Source of the DNA: a virus
Lineage: Duplodnaviria > Caudoviricetes
Length of the DNA: 60,295 bases
Strand: one strand, 5' to 3'
Virus record (IMG/VR): IMGVR_UViG_3300021961_000002
Location: 1 to 60,295 of that record
Part shown: piece by piece, positions 56,455-60,295 of the stretch
How positions within the stretch are numbered: the first letter of the stretch is position 1
Layout of the letters: each line of letters begins with the position of its first letter
The notes under the pieces: generated by a model
Told to the model about the DNA's origin: nothing
Seen by the model: the letters and a program-made list of their open reading frames with translations, nothing else
The model's database searches: none
Translations under genes and position numbers: made by a program

Positions 56455-56910
56455 ATGGCTATTACTCAGGCTATGTGTGCTTCGTTCAAAGCGGAAGTTT
56501 TGCTTAGCGTACACGATTTCCGGGCCAGTGGTGATACTTTTAAGCTTGCACTCTACACGTCTGCTGCAACCTTAGGTGAGAGCACCACGACGTATTCAGC
56601 AACCAATGAATCTTCCGGCACGGGCTACAGTGCAGGCGGTGCTGCGCTTACTAATGTCGGCGTGGCTACGGGCTCTAACGCTGGTTGGACGGATTTTAGT
56701 GATCTGACTTTCAGCTCTTCCACAATCACTGCTCGCGGGGCGCTGATCTATAACAACACGCCTTCGGCCACCGATAATAGTGGCGCGGCACTTACAAACG
56801 CTGCGGTGTGCGTGTTAGATTTTGGGTCGGATAAGTCTTCTTCGTCTGGGGATTTCACGATTGTCTTTCCTGCGTCGGCGTATAATACGGCTATTATTCG
56901 TATTGCGTAG
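56455..56910 (+). CDS. Virion structural protein (fibre-associated)
   Basis: AITQAMC.SFK..FKLALYT..GY.AGG..TITARGALIYN..VLDFG.DK..FTI.FP. Confidence 0.65.
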   Translation: MAITQAMCASFKAEVLLSVHDFRASGDTFKLALYTSAATLGESTTTYSATNESSGTGYSAGGAALTNVGVATGSNAGWTDFSDLTFSSSTITARGALIYNNTPSATDNSGAALTNAAVCVLDFGSDKSSSSGDFTIVFPASAYNTAIIRIA

Positions 56911-56919
56911 GGTAGCGCC

Positions 56920-57414
56920 ATGTTTGAGGTGCTGGGCGGTGGAATCTTAGGCAGTTTGTTAGGGGGCCTTTTTAGGCTTGCCCCCGAAGTGTTGAAGTGG
57001 CTGGATAAAAAGAACGAGCGTAGCCATGAGCTAGCTATGTTCCAACAGCAATGCCAACTAGAAGCTGCTAGGGGTGAACAAAAACTTGCTGAGATAGGGG
57101 CACAAAGAGCCGCCGATCTCGATACCGGAGCTATGTCTGCGTTTCAGGCTGCGATTAAGCAGCAGACAGATATGGTTAAGATAGCTGGTGGTTGGACTGC
57201 CGCGCTGTCTGCAAGTGTTCGCCCTGTTATGACCTACTATCTTCTCGTTCTATACGGGGTTGTTAAGTCCTGTTTAGTAGTTAACGAGATGGCGCTCGGT
57301 ACTCCATTTACGGTCGTTATGCCTTCTTTATGGGGGGTAGACGACATGGCGCTTTTATCCGGCGTGGTTAACTATTGGATTCTAGATAGGACGTTAGCCA
57401 AGCGTGGTATTTGA
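56920..57414 (+). CDS. Holin-like membrane protein
   Basis: Hydrophobic N-terminus, ASVRPV.TY, ..YW..DR.L.K; directly upstream of the lysozyme. Confidence 0.55.
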   Translation: MFEVLGGGILGSLLGGLFRLAPEVLKWLDKKNERSHELAMFQQQCQLEAARGEQKLAEIGAQRAADLDTGAMSAFQAAIKQQTDMVKIAGGWTAALSASVRPVMTYYLLVLYGVVKSCLVVNEMALGTPFTVVMPSLWGVDDMALLSGVVNYWILDRTLAKRGI

Positions 57415-57866
57415 TGTTCGATCTAACTATAGCCAAGGAGCTGTGCAAAGAGTTTGAAGGGTTTAGGTCCGCTCCGTATCTCTGTCCAGCGGGGGTTCCC
57501 ACAATAGGGTACGGGGCGACGTATTACACGGGGGGCCGGAAAGTGGCGCTAGCAGACCCTCCTATATCGGAACGAGAGGCGGAGGCGCTTCTGGAGGAAG
57601 AGTTAAATAAAACATACTTACCGGGAGTCTTAAGGTGTTGCCCTATAGTTTTATGCTTTCCAGAGGTGTTGAACGCTCTTGTAGATTTTTCGTTCAATCT
57701 AGGGGTAGGGCGGCTACAGTCCAGCACGTTAAGGCGTAAGGTAAACGAAGAGAAATGGCCGGAAGCCATACATCAAATTAAAAGGTGGGTACGCGGCGGG
57801 GGACGAGTTCTACCAGGGCTTGTACGTAGGAGAGAAGCAGAGGCTGCTTTATTTCCTTTAATATAG
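57411..57866 (+). CDS. Endolysin (GH24 lysozyme)
   Basis: FEG.R..PYLCPAGVPTIGYG, ALVDF.FNLG.G.L..STL, LPGLVRRR.AE. Confidence 0.9.
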   Translation: MMFDLTIAKELCKEFEGFRSAPYLCPAGVPTIGYGATYYTGGRKVALADPPISEREAEALLEEELNKTYLPGVLRCCPIVLCFPEVLNALVDFSFNLGVGRLQSSTLRRKVNEEKWPEAIHQIKRWVRGGGRVLPGLVRRREAEAALFPLI

Positions 57867-58202
57867 GTGGCCGTTGTGAGCTACATTGTCTGCTTCGATA
57901 AAACAGATGCAAAGATACATATGGTTGTATCTAACGCTCGCAATCTGAGCGATCCGGCTTTTCACCCTGGTGATTGCTTTCAAGTCGTCTTCACTAACGA
58001 CGAGTATAATAACGCTGGCGGTCAGTGGTACGCGCTTTGTAAACTAGCTGTTCTGCGAGTCTCTCCAGAAAACGCCCTGGTCCTGAATAAGAGGACTGAT
58101 GACTATGACGCAGAACAAGAGCGCCTTAGAATAGAGCGTGAAGCCATAGTAGTAACTTCTCCGGATACAGAAGAGCCTTATGTAGATGACGCGGTGATCT
58201 AA
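57867..58202 (+). CDS. Hypothetical protein
   Basis: Fills the gap exactly between the lysozyme and the fibre gene. Confidence 0.5.
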   Translation: MAVVSYIVCFDKTDAKIHMVVSNARNLSDPAFHPGDCFQVVFTNDEYNNAGGQWYALCKLAVLRVSPENALVLNKRTDDYDAEQERLRIEREAIVVTSPDTEEPYVDDAVI

Positions 58203-60295
58203 ATGGCCGTCGTCCGCATAGTCCTTACTTCCGGCACGACGTGGAATGTTCCAGCGGATTGGAACAGTTCCAACAACACAATCTACGCTATCGGCGCGGG
58301 CGGTAACGGCGAAGGCGCTGTAGACGATTCTTACGGCGGTGTTGGGGGTGGCGGCGGTGAGTTCCGCGCTGTTCAGAACGTATCTCTTACCCCGTCTTCA
58401 ACGGTTGATATTAACATCGCTGCTGGAGGTGCGGGGTCGGGCGCAGATGGCACTTGGCTCAAAAACAACGCCAGCACTATCGTTTTAGAAGCTAAGAACG
58501 GCGGGAACGGCGCGAGCAGAACTGGCGGAAGTGGCGGAACCGGCGGAACCGGCAGCTACATTGCGTTTGATGGCGGCGCTGGCGGCGCGAACACTGGCAC
58601 AAGTGCTACTGCGGGCGCGGGTGCGGGTGGTGGGTCGTCGGGCGGTCCAAACGGCGCGGGCGAGGTAGGTGGTAGCGCACAAAGCACGGCAGTCCGCGGC
58701 GGTGGCGGCGGAGGTGGCGCGGGCGGGTCATCCAGCACAGCAGGAGGGGACAGCACAGGTTCAACGGGCGGAGCTGGCGGCGACGGACCAGACGGGACGG
58801 GCGGCGGATCAAGCGGAAGCCCCGGCGGTGCTGGAACCGCTGGAACGGGGGGTGGCGGCGGGGGCGCGAATAACGCGACTGGCAGCACAGTAGCCACTGG
58901 AGGTGCGGGCGCGGTTTATTACGAATGGGGCGGCGCGTATGGCCCTTCTGGTGGCGGTGGCGGTGGCGGTTCGGCGTCAGGTACCGGCGGAACGGGCAAT
59001 CGCGACGGTGGCGCGGGAGGCACTTACGGCGGCGGCGGTGGCGGTGGCGCTTTTTCATCAGCTGTTGGGACGGGTGGCGCGGGTGGTCAGGGACTGATCG
59101 TTATTGAGTACGAGGGTCCAAACGCGATTGTAAACGTAACTGGAGAGGCTGGCACAGGGGAAGTCGGCTCAGCAACAGTCAGTTTTGGTGAAGTTTATTT
59201 ATTCCTAACCTCCGGCACGACTTGGACTGTTCCCAGCGATTGGACAGACAGCGGAGCTATAATCGAAGCTATCGGCGCGGGCGGGTCAGGCGGAGACGGA
59301 AACACAACTAACGGGTTTGGCGGGGGCGGTGGCGGCGAATACCGGAAAATTGTCACTCCAGGCCTCACTGCCGGTCAGACTTACGACATTAACATCCCCT
59401 CTGGCGGCGCGGGATCGGCAGCAGATGGCGCTTGGCTAAAGAACGGCGCTGGCGGTGGTGGGACAATCATCCTTGAAGCCAAGAACGGCGGGAACTCAAC
59501 TTTCACGAGTGGGGCTGCGGGCGGCACAGGCGGCACAGGCGCAGGGGGGAATTACGACGGCGGAGCGGGCGGCGATGGAGGTTCCTCTGACGGCGGCGGG
59601 GGCGGCGGTGGCGCTGCTGGGCCATTAGGCACAGGGAAAAGCGGCGGAACGGGCGCAACTGACGGCGGCGCTGGCGGCGGAGGGTCAAACGGCGGTTCTT
59701 CAACCGCTGGCAGTAACGGCACTACCTTTAACGATGGAGGAGATGGCGGTCAGGGGTCAGGCGGGACAGGATCGGGCGCTGGCGCGACGCTAACAACTTC
59801 GGCAGTAGCGGGGTCTTCCGGCGGTGGCGGGGGCGGTGGCGCAAAGAGCGATCCTGCCACCTATCGCGACGGTGCAGACGGCGGCGTTGAGAACTACTGG
59901 GCTACAGGGTATGGCCCCAGCGGCGGTGGCGGTGGGTCTGGAGATCGGGACAGCAGTGCCGCGCAATATGCAGAGGGCGGCTCGGCTTCTTACGGCGGCG
60001 GAGGCGGCGGCGCTGGAAGAAACGGTACCGCAGGGGGCGCTGGCGGCACAGGCGGGCAAGGTATCATTGTAGTTACTTACGTGCCTGCTGGCGGTAATGT
60101 AAATGTAAACGTAACTGGAGAGGCTGGCACAGGGGAAGTTGGCTCAGTAACAGTCCAGACTACCGCAAATGTAAACGTAACTGGAGTTGCTGGCACAGGG
60201 GAAGTCGGCTCAGTAACAGTCCAGACTACCGCAAATGTAAGCGTAAACGTAACTGGAGTTGCTGGCTCAGGGGAAGTCGGCTCAGTAACAGTCCA
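58203..60295 (+). CDS. 5' part of a large Gly-rich/tandem-repeat fibre protein (wraps to 1076; ~1030 aa)
   Basis: ATG 58203 (MAVVRIVLTSGTTWNVPADW); absent from the ORF track, consistent with no stop before the window end; two homologous Gly-rich domains, then VTG.AG.GEVGSVTV repeats. Confidence 0.8.
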   Translation, partial: MAVVRIVLTSGTTWNVPADWNSSNNTIYAIGAGGNGEGAVDDSYGGVGGGGGEFRAVQNVSLTPSSTVDINIAAGGAGSGADGTWLKNNASTIVLEAKNGGNGASRTGGSGGTGGTGSYIAFDGGAGGANTGTSATAGAGAGGGSSGGPNGAGEVGGSAQSTAVRGGGGGGGAGGSSSTAGGDSTGSTGGAGGDGPDGTGGGSSGSPGGAGTAGTGGGGGGANNATGSTVATGGAGAVYYEWGGAYGPSGGGGGGGSASGTGGTGNRDGGAGGTYGGGGGGGAFSSAVGTGGAGGQGLIVIEYEGPNAIVNVTGEAGTGEVGSATVSFGEVYLFLTSGTTWTVPSDWTDSGAIIEAIGAGGSGGDGNTTNGFGGGGGGEYRKIVTPGLTAGQTYDINIPSGGAGSAADGAWLKNGAGGGGTIILEAKNGGNSTFTSGAAGGTGGTGAGGNYDGGAGGDGGSSDGGGGGGGAAGPLGTGKSGGTGATDGGAGGGGSNGGSSTAGSNGTTFNDGGDGGQGSGGTGSGAGATLTTSAVAGSSGGGGGGGAKSDPATYRDGADGGVENYWATGYGPSGGGGGSGDRDSSAAQYAEGGSASYGGGGGGAGRNGTAGGAGGTGGQGIIVVTYVPAGGNVNVNVTGEAGTGEVGSVTVQTTANVNVTGVAGTGEVGSVTVQTTANVSVNVTGVAGSGEVGSVTV
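60214..60295 (+). repeat. Terminal overlap identical to nt 1..82 (circular assembly)
   Basis: Exact 82-nt match, lying within the tandem array. Confidence 0.85.

Noticed and set aside
58485-60072. Several short alternative-frame ORFs
   Set aside because: Shadows of the GGC-rich Gly-coding main frame.
1-60295. Diversity-generating retroelement, stop-codon recoding or Z-genome
   Set aside because: No reverse transcriptase or TR/VR pair seen; genes are intact under the standard code; no PurZ recognised.

Overview
The window is an apparently complete ~60.2 kb tailed-phage (Caudoviricetes, podovirus-like) genome. It is circularly permuted: the last 82 nt are identical to the first 82 nt, inside a tandem-repeat gene that wraps across the window ends. 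The genome has two blocks. The + strand late block (41860 -> end -> 16163) holds terminase, portal, GroES, scaffold, a Mu-gpT-like major capsid, a cluster of small basic proteins, connectors, lysis genes, fibre/tail genes and large internal virion proteins. The - strand early/replication block (41801 -> 16192) holds a phosphoesterase, an Ntn-protease-like protein, a MoxR-AAA/VWA-metallopeptidase module, VRR-NUC, PolA, a DnaA domain-IV protein, a methyltransferase, a glycosyltransferase-like protein, GcrA, a dATP/dGTP diphosphohydrolase, a PD-(D/E)XK nuclease, HNH, an SNF2-type helicase, SSB and a primase-helicase. GcrA points to an alphaproteobacterial host. I saw no integrase, tRNA or CRISPR array. 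The most notable signals are: (1) seven copies of a TGTGACA-N-TGTCACA palindrome in the early region, several abutting ribosome-binding sites; (2) a pseudoknot-capable RNA element right after the capsid gene; (3) a 69-bp inverted-repeat origin-like region and a 5x15-bp iteron-like array; (4) short peptide motifs (xxGG; G-x-A-x-KG; GxVG(S/T)VT(V/I)) shared among unrelated virion proteins; (5) a modular Gly-rich/tandem-repeat fibre gene. All product names come from motif recognition by eye; no database searches were run.
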